From Azolla caroliniana (Eukaryota > Plantae > Polypodiophyta): a stretch of 64,000 bases of DNA. Under the pieces are notes generated by a model. That model was not told where the DNA came from and did no database searches. It saw only the letters and a list, made by a program, of their open reading frames with translations. This document shows, one piece after another, positions 12,239 through 23,462 of the stretch. The stretch spans positions 8,556,001 through 8,620,000 of the forward strand of contig JBHGNT010000003.1 in NCBI GenBank assembly GCA_043228905.1, in the 5' to 3' direction. Position numbers and translations under genes: made by a program. Every line of letters begins with the position of its first letter. The stretch's first letter is position 1.

Positions 12239-15200
12239 ACGTTCCCATTTTGTTGGTTTTGCACTAACGTATGCTCGAAGCATGTCCTCAATAATTTGAT
12301 TTACTCGCTCTGTCTGTCCATCGGATTGAGGATGATCCGTGGAGCTCATGCTCAACGTAGTTTCTAACTTCTTAAAGACTTGCGTCCAAAAGGCACTAGT
12401 AAATTTTGGATGTCGATCACTCACGATATCCATCGGTAACCCATAAAAACGAAATAACTCGTCAACGAATTGGTAAGCCAATTCAGGAGCTCTTACCGTG
12501 GTTTTAGTGGCAATAAATCTGGCCATTTTAGTTAATCGACCAACCACAACCCAGATGGCATCATGGCCTTTTTGGGTGCGTGGAAGGCTAACAATAAAAT
12601 CCATGGATATACTTTCCCACTTATTATTGGGAATGTCCAAGGGATGTAAAAGTCATGCGGCTTTAAGTTGCTCGGCTTTGTTAACCTGACATTGGTGACA
12701 TTTAGTCACATAACTATGTATGTTAGGGCGCATCTTAGGCCAATAGAATTGAGTGGAGATTAGAACGAGTGTACGATGTATTCCAGGGTGCCATGATGAG
12801 GGTGCATCATGGCATTAAAAAAGAATCCTCTTTTTGACCTCGGGTAAATCTGGAACACAAACCTTCCCATTACGGTAGAGCAGACCGTGAGCAATGTGGA
12901 AGTATTCCTTCGAGGATGTGGTGGTGTCTGTTCCAGACTCAACTCTTGCCCAGTATTTTGCGAAATAACTATCATTAGGATACTTCCCTCGAAGGTGATT
13001 ATAAAGATCTGATGATATTTCAATGAAGCTAAGCATGTTAACTTCACGGATGCGACTTAGTGCATCAGCGACAGTGTTCATGGAACCTCTACGATATCGT
13101 ATGGAAAAATCAAAGTCCTGGATGAGATCACCCCATCGTGCCTTACGACCTTTCAGGTCTTGTTGGTCACAAAAATATTTCAAGGACTCGTGGTCCATAG
13201 TTACCACAAAGCGATTTCCATAAAGATAATGGCGCCATGTTTTAAGCGCATGTATAACTGCAAATAATTCCTTTTCTTGAACGGTATACCGACATTGAGC
13301 AGAATCAAGTTTCTTACTCTTGAATGCTATTGGTTTACCATCTTGATATAAGACAACACCTATAGCATAATCACTTGCATCGGTTTCAACCTCAAAAGGT
13401 TTTGAAGGGTCGGGTAAAAGAAGTGAAGGAGCCTTGCAAACCGGGTCCTTGAGTTCCTTAAAGGCGAGGTCTAGTGTAGCATTCCACACAATAGGTTTTG
13501 TAGACTTACGCGTTTGACCTTTTAGAAGACCAGTAAACGACGTCGTCAATTGGGAGTAATTACGAAGGGATTTTCGCAAGAACCTGACAAAACCAAGGAA
13601 TGATCGAACTTCTCGAATGTTCCGAAGAGTGGGCCAAAGCTTGATTTTCTCGATGCGAGAAGGATCAATTTCAACTCCTCGTTCGGTTATGAGATGTCCA
13701 AGATAAGTAATTAATTTCTTGAAGAACTCACATTTTGAGATCTTCCCGTAAAACTGTTTGTCATGCAATGTTTGTAAAACAAAGTGGACATGTTTAGCAT
13801 GTTCTTGTAATGTACGACTATAAACTAAAATATCATCCAAGAAAATAACGACAAATTTTCCAAGTTGTTCTCGGAAAATGTCATTCATTTCTTGTTGAAA
13901 TGTAGCCAGAGCATTGTTCAAACCAAAAGGCATAACCAAAAACTCATAATAGCCATAACGCGTACGAAATGTTGTTTTAGGAACATCGTCCTCAATTATA
14001 CGAATTTGATGGTAGCTAGTACGGAGATCAAGTTTCGTAAAATACTGAGCTCCCTAGAGACGGTCAATTAGATCGTCAGCCCGGGGCAGTGGATACGAAT
14101 TCTTGATCGTCACTTTATTCAAGTGTCGGTAATTAATACACATACGCCATGTGCCCTCTTTCTTTTTAACCAAGAGAACTGGTGCACCCCATGGAGATTT
14201 ACTATAACGTATATAACCCATTCGTAAATAGTCCTTGAGTTGCTTAGATACCTAATCCTCTTCGAATCGACTTAAGTGATAAGGAGGTATACTTATTGGT
14301 GCAACACCTGGTACAATATCTATACGATGGTCTATATTACGTTTAGGAGGTAAACCATCTGGTAGTTCACTCGGAAAAACATCACGAAAATCATTTAAGA
14401 TTTCATCAAGTTGTTGTTCAAAATATGTTAATTGAACTGAGACATTATCGACATTGTAAATGTGAATGTCCGGATCAAGTACACAATAGAATAGAGTAGA
14501 ACAAGACAACTTGGATATTGATGGACACGAGGAAACAATCGAGAGGGATTGTTTTTTGACACATTGAATAAAATGAGTACAGTCGTTTAGTACAAATGTA
14601 ATTGAATGATGAACCCAATCAATAAATAAAGAAGAGTTTTTATTATAAAACCAGGGATAACCCAATATTACATCGGTGGTACAAATATTCATTACATTGA
14701 ACTCTACTTCCTCTATATAAGTATCAATAGAAATTCCTAATGAATGAATCACCCCGTTGATGTATTGTACTCTTCCATTAGCCAAGTGCACCGTGTAGGT
14801 GTGATAACTTACGGTGGGTTGGATTCCCCATATCTGAACCAAATGATCATTGACAAAGTTGTGTGAGCTTCCTGAATCAAATAAAATTTGTACGGGAGAT
14901 CCATTGATATACCCGTTTGCACACAGTAAATCATTGGGACCCAATACATAGTGAGGGAAAAAACATTGACAATTACTTAAATGATGTGTATAGACCTGAA
15001 GGACATTAGGAATCTGACCTTTATGGTCTGCAGCTTTAGCTTTGTTGTCGTGCTCTTTTCGTTGGAGCTTTCAACATTGTTCTTTTGTATGACCCTTCTT
15101 TTTGCAGAATACGCAAAAAAGGATGTTGTCGCTTACAATTGCAATCCATGAATTCGTTGGGTGTCTTGCGTTTCCCAACGAATTGCGACTGCTTAGTCCC

Positions 15201-15954
15201 GGGCGCTTCGTTGGGTTTGTTGTGGTCCTTCTTCGAAGTGCGTTGATAGTGAAGAACTATTTCAACGGCCTCTTCGAAGGATTTTGGATCCTTATCGTGC
15301 ACTATCCAATGATAGTCCGAATTGGGGATGCCATTGACAAAACAAGCTATTAACCAGTTGTCCCCTTCTAGACCTGATTTTTGGATTTGGGTTCTAGCAT
15401 GGTGGACATAGTCTTCTACAAAGGAAAATTTCTGACTAGAGAGGCTCATTAAAGCTTGTGCTGCCTCGGTTCTAGAGGGAGGTTGCAGAAATTGGCCCTT
15501 GAAAACTATGACAAAATCTGTCCAGGTATCAGGCAATTTCCCCAAAGTACGGAGCCCACGCCACCAGGCGGCAGCCTTACCCCCTAGTTCTCGGCCGACA
15601 TATGCAATCTTCGTACTATTTGGCATGGGATAGAGCTCAAAATGAGACTCCCATCGGCCCAACCACGTGCAGATTGCTTCTTCGGTTCTTTCCTTTTTTT
15701 CTCTCGTAAATGGCTTAACGATAAACGATGGCTCACCCTGTCACTCATCAGGTCTATTAGTCTTACGTTGTAAACTAATGACACGTGCCTTGAGAGCACT
15801 TTGAGATTACCAAAGTTCGGTCATTTGTTGAGCGGTGAAACTAAGGTATTGGGTTATTTGCGAAAAATACATCTCAATGGACATTTGTCCAGGAGGATTC
15901 CCTTGAGTTCCTTCCGCTTGAGCAGATGACATCGGGTCGTTATTTTGAGCCATT
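12239..15954 (-). pseudogene. Element A gag-pol (gag, aspartic protease, RT, RNase H, integrase N-part) with stops and frameshifts
   Basis: ORFs 15036..15662 (gag-like), 14252..14944 (ILFDSGSSHNF), 12815..13939 (MPFGL..FLDDILVYS; ETDASDYAIG..EKELFAV), 12128..12640 (WESISMDFI..DGQTERVNQ). Confidence 0.92.
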
Positions 15955-17145
15955 AAATGATTATTTCTGGAAAAGAAATAGGATAAGGTCAAAGAGATAG
16001 TCATAACATCATGTCGTGATGTAAACATATCATGGGCGAACATTAATTGATATCATTATCTCATGTCAATACCCCTCTAGACGTATGAGATGAGGTTCAA
16101 GATCAGGTTACTATGGTAACACAAAGGTGTTTTAAAAAACATGGGGGTGACAAATAAATGTCTTTATCTGATCTCTATATCGATTTTTTTCATGGTGGCT
16201 CCCCGAGGCTCAACCATGTATGTTCGCGTCATGAATAGTTTATACACGAAAAAAATGTTAACAATAAACTATGTTTCTGTGCCCACATATGTGGTTTCGG
16301 CTCTTTAAGTCCTATTACGAGGACCCCGAAGTGCACTTAGACCTTAAGTCTAAACATGTGTTATAGTCATATATGTATCAACGATGTTGTATGGTCTTGG
16401 TTATATTTGAACTGGAGACCTCGAGAACAAATGCATTAAACACTTGAGCCAACCAAGTAGGTTGCTCTTCTTGAATGTTTAATGTTTCATGCGTATAAGA
16501 GATATGCAAGGCATGTGCCCATATATGTTTTATTAAAAGAAACATATATGTCAAGAGTCCTTATTTTGCCCTCATTTACTACAACTATGTTGGTACGTTA
16601 CCTAACCTCAATTCTCGTAATTACGATGGCATACGCCAAAGTGCAACCTAATGGTCAAGCCAAATGAGCCCTCTTTTCGTAGTAGGCCCACGTGGCCCAT
16701 CACATGGTTACATCATTACGAATGCCTCTCGTAAGAATGATCTCATGGTGGCATCGTATCCATGTAATGAGGGAAGGATGTTGGATACGTGTGTCATAGG
16801 AGTGACCTCACATGAAGTGGGTCAAGCCCTACGTACTCAACATCATTATGGTTATTGGCGTTTCTTTACGTAACGAAATATCGAAGTCACCAATGGGGAT
16901 TTCAACAATAAAAAATTGTTGAAAAAGGGATGGTGACAACGCTATTCTCACAAAAATGTGAGGACGGCCACCAAGATCCTTTCCCCGAAAAGGAAAACAT
17001 TCGATTTAAAATCATGTAATAACTTAAATACACATATGTATATTATCACATATATACGATCAACTACGTATACACGTGACCACATATGCCTATATAAAAC
17101 AAATCGTTATATTTCATAGCAAAAAATGACGTAATCGAGATAGGT

Positions 17146-17392
17146 AATTGAGGCATATACCTCTACGCACAAGAGACATCCAAAAATAAGGGTTAATCGT
17201 AATACGCAATTGAGGTATTGACCTCTTATGCATATGAGACTAAACACATATCATTTACAACGAATCGAGGTATTGACCTCATACGCAAACGTAACATATG
17301 TTTGTGAACGTAATACACAATTGAGGTATTAACCTCGTGCGCATAAGACGCTCATCACATATTCAATATACGTCAAATGAGGTATTGACCTC
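17146..17392. repeat. Five-unit array of palindromic GAGGT-ATTG-ACCTC motifs in the 5' leader of element A
   Basis: Cores at ~17146, 17208, 17263, 17319 and 17375; period 55-62 bp. Confidence 0.85.
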
Positions 17393-17647
17393 GTGCACAT
17401 ATGTAAATGTTTTATATAACCAATTAATTACCACTACAACATCATTGAATCTATAAAAAAAATTACATATTAACCATACACATGATTAACTTGGGAGAAG
17501 AAAGAATAGAAAAAACAAGAAAGATTACCGAAGTTCTTTTGTTGATCGTTGTTTGGATCAAGGCCGACCGCACATCGATCCATCACCATCAATCAAGAAC
17601 ACAAAACACAACAAAAGAAACATTAGAAAATGAGCTCTGATACCAAC

Positions 17648-18110
17648 TGTAAGAGACATAGACTAATGTAAGCATTATATAAGGATAGAATATAGATGAA
17701 TAGATAGATCTAGAAAGGAGAGAGAGAAAGAAGGGTGTCGATCCACCTGACCACCCCCGAGCGAAGGGATCGAGACGGACTCGAGCCTCGATCGGCGTCC
17801 CATACCACTGCTGTGGCGTCGAGTCATACCTGGTGCTAGCGTACTCGCTACAAGAGTTGACCCACCACAAGACAAAGTCTCGACGTAGTCAACAAGATGA
17901 TGAAATGAGGGTAGCTAGGCCTCTTATTTATAGCAATACCCAAGGCCCCCAGGCAAGTTCACACTTGGCCTAATGGGTTGTCTCAATCTTGAGGATTAAA
18001 AGTAATCCTCCCCTTCTTTACACTCTCGTTTAACCCTCACACTTATCCACGTGTATAGAATACTACAGTAAATTTTGACCACGAGATATTAGATGGTCAT
18101 GCCCGTAACA
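17648..18110 (-). repeat. 5' LTR of element A
   Basis: Adjacent to the iMet PBS; followed by TSD ACAAG. Confidence 0.95.
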
Positions 18111-18282
18111 ACAAGTTACTCAAGTAAGTGTTAAAGTTGGTATGGATTCTCCAAATTCATCTAGCAATCCTAGTAATCTTAGTAGTCTTGTGTTAGAGGT
18201 TATTTCTAATGTAAGCATAAAACAAGGAAATAGATGATAGATAGTAAAGAGCAAGTCAGTGTCAACTTTGGGGCCTTTCGTG

Positions 18283-18915
18283 AATATGGCCGACTTCACC
18301 TCATTCAAATTGAGGATGAACATTCAACCTTGAGCAACGAGTCAACCGTCTTTTTCAATGAAGCACCCTTTGTGATTGAATCGTACTTGCATGCCTTGGT
18401 CTACCATCTGGCCGACCGAGACTAGATTTTTCTTGATGGTCGGGACTTGGGACATGCAAGACATTCTTGATGTAGGTTTGTTTGTCGTCGTTCTCAAATG
18501 GGACATTTCCAACATGTTGAACGGGTTGAATTGTGTCGTCCCCAGTTTCAACATTAGATCGTCATCAAACGTCAAGTGATTAGATGCTCCAGAGTCAACA
18601 AACCATGCATTTTCTGAAGTGGGGGTGTTAGTCGGGCTTGATGCCGACATTGAATGTGCCTTATGCCATGGTCGTCATAGTGAAAGTTCCTTGCATAGTT
18701 TGTGAGTTGTCGGTGTTGAGATTTAGGTCCCCTCGGATGAGTCGAATTCCGGATAGAGGTGTCTGCCAGATTGGATGGTACCGATTTGAGAATCGGATGG
18801 AGTATGGATAAGTATCCAGAAAAAGGCAAAAAATGTAAATAGGTTTAGTGTCGATTGGATTGGATGGAGCTGGGTCGACTGTGTACCAAGATGTCGACTC
18901 TTTGAATATGACATT
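18283..18915 (-). pseudogene. Old Ty1/Copia fragment (gag end / protease)
   Basis: ENAWFVDSGASNHLT..KKNLVSVGQMVDQGMQVRFN in ORF 18342..18650. Confidence 0.75.
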
Positions 18916-19013
18916 TGTTGAGCGGCAAGCTCAATCGGATCCAGATCGGTTGAATAAGCCTGAGCCGGATCGGTGAGCCGGTGAGCAAGTGAGCCGATGA
19001 GTTGGGGAGCCGG

Positions 19014-22000
19014 TGTCGTGCCTTTCAGCTCCGGATCGTTGCGTGAGTCGGGTGGGAACCGCCGAGGTTTTGGACTAGGAGGAGGAAGAATTTGAGGCTA
19101 ATCTAGTTATGAATATGAATAGATTATAAGAAAGAGATATAGAAACTTGTGAATCCCACAAGTATAATTGTTTTAGTTTATCTAAATCGTAGTAATAAAT
19201 TGAAATAATTTAGAATAGATTAGAGTAGATTGAGAAAAGAGATCAAACCTTGTGAATCCCACAAGTATTACATTAATCAATATTTATGTAAGAATATGAA
19301 TTTAGATTGAAAGAGATAGATTATCTTAAACTTCGTGAATCCCACGAGTATATTTTATTGATTGTTGGTGTTTTAGGAAATATATCCAATTTCCCAAATA
19401 TTTTTCACACCTATTACATTGTGCTCCCCATCCTTATGTAGTGATGGGAGAGACTAAGCATAGCTACATGCTTTTTTTCTAATATGTTCATGCACACTAA
19501 ATGTGCATGTGATGCTTTTCTAATCCTTGCTTTTATTTGCTAAATATAGTGCTCATGCACGCTAGATGTGCATGAGTCACTTTTTAGTTGCTTGCGTTTT
19601 TCTATAAAATATTCACGCACTCTAAAAATGCACGATTTACCTTTTAATAAAGGTAGGTGCAAATAAAGCACTTATAGTTATTAAATCTATTTGTAGAACA
19701 CTAAAGATAAGGTAGCATAATGGTAAAGTTTAGGTTTGGCTACGTGGAGGTACAGGGTTCTAATCTTGCCCTATGCACGTGATAAATATCTTGATATATT
19801 ATTTTATTTATTTATATGTAATTAAATCGGTTATATTATTTTTTACTTTTTCACGTAGTGTACGAAATACACTACGACACTCGCCCCCTCCGAACCCGCA
19901 CATCCTCCGGTATGTGCCGAAGTTGCCGATGCTCGTTGTCTCCCCTTCATCCTCCGTTTGTCCCGCTATGTCAACTTTGTCTCTCCATTTTGAGTAGACC
20001 CATTCTTCCCACCCGAACCATTGTCGCCATCCGATCCACCATATTCTTTGTTCTCTCTCGTCATATTCTTGGCCCTTGTCATTCGTGGTAGTGTCTTTTA
20101 CTGGCCTCTTTCTTGTCTTCATCAACCTTGACTTTTTTCCGGATCGCTCTCGTCCGATCGACTTTCGGTTTGATCGGCTTCCGATCGGATTCGTATTCGG
20201 CCGAATCGGAATCGGTTGTTCGGTTTCGATTGAGTTGGTCTCCTTCCGGCCCGGTTTCGATCTATCGGTTTTGGTTTCGGTTGGCTTTCTTTTCCTCGTT
20301 TTCACCAGTCTCGACCGGTCCAACCTCCGGTTGAGTCGGATTAGCTTCTTTCCGGATCGGTCTCGTCCGATTGGCTTTCGGCTAGGTCGGCTTCCATCCA
20401 TATTCGCGTTCGGCCAAGTCAGACTCGGTCGATCGGTTTTGATCGAGTCGACCCCTTTTCGGGTCGGCTTTCTTTCGGGTCGTCCTACGGCTGAATCCTC
20501 ATTCGCCCGGTTCGGCTTTCGTTTGTGTCGTCTTTCGGCCGAATTCTCTTCCTTTCGGTTCGGCTTTCTTTCGGGTCGACTTTCGGTCGAATCCTCTTTT
20601 ACCCGGTTCGGCTTTCTTTCGGATCGGAATCCCGTCCGGATCACCTTCCATCCTAACTGGCTTCTGACTTTACCTTTCTTGCCGCCACCTCCCATCTCTC
20701 CGGTCTCACGTTGCTTCTCAGACACAACCGCCGAAGTCTCTAGGATTAGTGGGTAGGAATCCTCGGTATTATCATCCTCTGTCATTTCAACCATAGCCTC
20801 CTTCTCGGCTATCTCTCCGTCGTATGAATCGGCTTCGACCTTTGTTTTCTCTCCACCACCTTCCGTCTCTTCGGTCTCACGTTGCCTTTCGAACGCAACC
20901 GCCGGAGTCTCTAGATATTGTTGGCATGAATCCTCGGTATTACCTTCTTTCGTAGTTTCACCCTTAGCATTCTTCTCGGCTATCTCTTCATCGTATTCGT
21001 CGGCTTCGACATTCGTTTTCTCTCCGCCACCTTCCGTCTCTTCGGTCTCACGTTGCCTTTCGATCGCAACCGCCGGAGTCTCTGGAATTAGTGGTGGGGA
21101 AGTCTCGATATGGCAATCTGCCATTGATTCGTCCATAGCCACCTCCGATTCGATTTCGTCTTTTGTGGCTACCTCCTTAATCACATCCGCTTCACACTCT
21201 TTATCTGCATCAATTATGCAAACATCTATTATGCTTACCCCTTTTTGACCCGATGTCTCGAGCACTTGTATCCCGAAATTTCCTTCTACACTTGAATTAT
21301 CGGCCTTATCCTTCGCCATCGTTCTTTCACAAGACGAGTGGGTGTCTTGTTCCACTCTTTCTCCCGTGGTACCATCATGTTGTATTTCGGCCTTCATATT
21401 GGCTTCATCGTTTTTCCTCAATCGACCATCCTTCATGGGCCATGTCGTTGTTGACGAGATTCTCAGCTTCCTTTCATCATGTCTTCGGCATACCCTTTCG
21501 ACTTTAGCCCAATCCTCGGTAAGGCCGTTCGCACCGTCATCATCTTCGAGTTCGATCCCAATGTCCATCCTTTCTTTCCGATCGATCGATCTTACGAACA
21601 TTAAGACTTTATCTCCTCCCACCAATCTTCGTTCCCGCTCCGAGAGTCGAGCAAAACGATGCTCGAACTCTAGGAACGCTTGCGTTGCACTTCGGTGAGT
21701 CTTCTCCGACGCCACCCATTCGTCGAATTCTCGTCGATCTCGTCCCGTCCATCTCTCATAGTCATATGCCTCCCGTAAAGCTTCTTCAAAGGACTCCCAT
21801 GTCGAGTTTTGTTGTTGTATCTTGTGGATTCTCTCTTGTAGTTCGTCCGAGGCCACCCGACTAAAGGATATCACTTGCAATCCTTCCGGTATCCGATATT
21901 GCATCATCTCCGCCTTATATTCACGTAGGTAGCGTGACACACCCTTACCGTTGAATTCCCCGTTTCGTCGCAGAAGCCGCTCTACTGCCGCCTTCATCTC

Positions 22001-22985
22001 CGACATCGCTCGTTGTTCTTGTAGCATCCGCTCGAACATCATCATCATCGTTATGCTCATTGCCTCTTGTTGATTCTCCATCTCCTTGCCACCCGCCTTC
22101 ACGTCGGGTTCACCAACTGTGTCGTGCCTTTCGGCTCCGGATCGTTGCGTGAGTCGGGTGGGAACCGCCGAGGTTTTGGACTAGGAGGAGGAAGAATTTG
22201 AGGCTAATCTAGTTATGAATATGAATAGATTATAAGAAAGAGATATAGAAACTTGTGAATCCCACAAGTATAATTGTTTTAGTTTATCTAAATCGTAGTA
22301 ATAAATTGAAATAATTTAGAATAGATTAGAGTAGATTGAGAAAAGAGATCAAACCTTGTGAATCCCACAAGTATTACATTAATCAATATTTATGTAAGAA
22401 TATGAATTTAGATTGAAAGAGATAGATTATCTTAAACTTCGTGAATCCCACGAGTATATTTTATTGATTGTTGGTGTTTTAGGAAATATATCCAATTTCC
22501 CAAATATTTTTCACACCTATTACATTGTGCTCCCCATCCTTATGTAGTGATGGGAGAGACTAAGCATAGCTACATGCTTTTTTTCTAATATGTTCATGCA
22601 CACTAAATGTGCATGTGATGCTTTTCTAATCCTTGCTTTTATTTGCTAAATATAGTGCTCATGCACGCTAGATGTGCATGAGTCACTTTTTAGTTGCTTG
22701 CGTTTTTCTATAAAATATTCACGCACTCTAAAAATGCACGATTTACCTTTTAATAAAGGTAGGTGCAAATAAAGCACTTATAGTTATTAAATCTATTTGT
22801 AGAACACTAAAGATAAGGTAGCATAATGGTAAAGTTTAGGTTTGGCTACGTGGAGGTACAGGGTTCTAATCTTGCCCTATGCACGTGATAAATATCTTGA
22901 TATATTATTTTATTTATTTATATGTAATTAAATCGGTTATATTATTTTTTACTTTTTCACGTAGTGTACGAAATACACTACGACA
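19014..22985 (-). mobile_element. Element C: very young pol-less tRNA-Trp-primed LTR element (3972 bp) with one long ORF
   Basis: 866-bp LTRs at 19014-19879 and 22120-22985, only one substitution seen; TSD CCGG (19010-19013 / 22986-22989); perfect Trp PBS 22099-22115; PPT next to 19880. Confidence 0.95.
19808..22081 (-). CDS. Intact ~757-aa Gag-derived protein: capsid-like N-terminus, acidic PET repeats, basic repeats, Trp-rich C-terminus
   Basis: ORF 19808..22102, first ATG at 22081; N-terminus aligns with B gag (FNGKGVSRYL..VLMFVRSID..GLTEDWAKVERVC vs FSGKDATSYL..LLFVKSVD..GLTTDWAVVKRVC); no PR, RT or INT motifs. Confidence 0.8.
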   Translation of the reverse strand: MENQQEAMSITMMMMFERMLQEQRAMSEMKAAVERLLRRNGEFNGKGVSRYLREYKAEMMQYRIPEGLQVISFSRVASDELQERIHKIQQQNSTWESFEEALREAYDYERWTGRDRREFDEWVASEKTHRSATQAFLEFEHRFARLSERERRLVGGDKVLMFVRSIDRKERMDIGIELEDDDGANGLTEDWAKVERVCRRHDERKLRISSTTTWPMKDGRLRKNDEANMKAEIQHDGTTGERVEQDTHSSCERTMAKDKADNSSVEGNFGIQVLETSGQKGVSIIDVCIIDADKECEADVIKEVATKDEIESEVAMDESMADCHIETSPPLIPETPAVAIERQRETEETEGGGEKTNVEADEYDEEIAEKNAKGETTKEGNTEDSCQQYLETPAVAFERQRETEETEGGGEKTKVEADSYDGEIAEKEAMVEMTEDDNTEDSYPLILETSAVVSEKQRETGEMGGGGKKGKVRSQLGWKVIRTGFRSERKPNRVKEDSTESRPERKPNRKEENSAERRHKRKPNRANEDSAVGRPERKPTRKGVDSIKTDRPSLTWPNANMDGSRPSRKPIGRDRSGKKLIRLNRRLDRSRLVKTRKRKPTETKTDRSKPGRKETNSIETEQPIPIRPNTNPIGSRSNRKSIGRERSGKKSRLMKTRKRPVKDTTTNDKGQEYDEREQRIWWIGWRQWFGWEEWVYSKWRDKVDIAGQTEDEGETTSIGNFGTYRRMCGFGGGECRSVFRTLREKVKNNITDLITYK

Positions 22986-23235
22986 CCGGTTAGGTGGATC
23001 CAGTAGTAACCGGAAGCCTAGTAGCAGCCTAGAGTACTAGGTAGTTAATGTATTGTAGTTAGTGTCAGATGCTCGTGTGAGCATTGAAGTACATTGTACT
23101 TCTGTCAGTCCTCTTAGGACTTGTATAAATAATGTTGTTGAGCATGTAGTATGTACAAAGAATTTTATAGAGAACTATTATTGTTTTGATAATAGATTTA
23201 AGTTGTTCTGCTCTTTCTCTATCTCTCCTGCGTAT

Positions 23236-23289
<54 letters not shown>

Positions 23290-23462
23290 TGCTATCCGGC
23301 TGAGCCGGTTGTCTAACGCTTCCCCACCTTCGTTTTTACATGGTATCAGAGTGCGAGGGTTGAGAACCTCTACAACCGACATTAGAATTTGAAGACAAAA
23401 CCCTAAGATCCGGTAAGAACAAGAAGAGAAGTGATGGACAGAGGAATGATTGCTCGCTCCCG

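Larger units (their letters stand above)
4067..18110 (-). mobile_element. Element A: full-length, degenerate Ty3/Gypsy chromovirus LTR retrotransposon, interrupted by element B
   Basis: 463-bp TG...CA LTRs at 4067-4529 and 17648-18110; TSD ACAAG (4062-4066 / 18111-18115); tRNA-iMet PBS TGGTATCAGAGC on minus strand (17634-17645); PPT next to 4530; domain order gag-PR-RT-RH-INT-chromodomain. Confidence 0.95.

Noticed and set aside
5232-12243. 6-bp TSD AACGTT for element B
   Set aside because: The internal LTR ends show the terminal T and A belong to the LTR (TG...CA); a 4-bp ACGT duplication restores the host frame
17146-17392. CRISPR-like appearance (palindromic repeats with spacers)
   Set aside because: Eukaryotic retrotransposon leader; cores only ~14-18 bp and imperfect; spacers share sequence; no cas genes
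20076-20756. Long antisense ORFs over C, F, G and B (e.g. 20076..20756, 52960..53952, 6639..7541)
   Set aside because: Shadow frames of purine-rich or GC-rich repetitive coding strands, with no conserved motifs between copies
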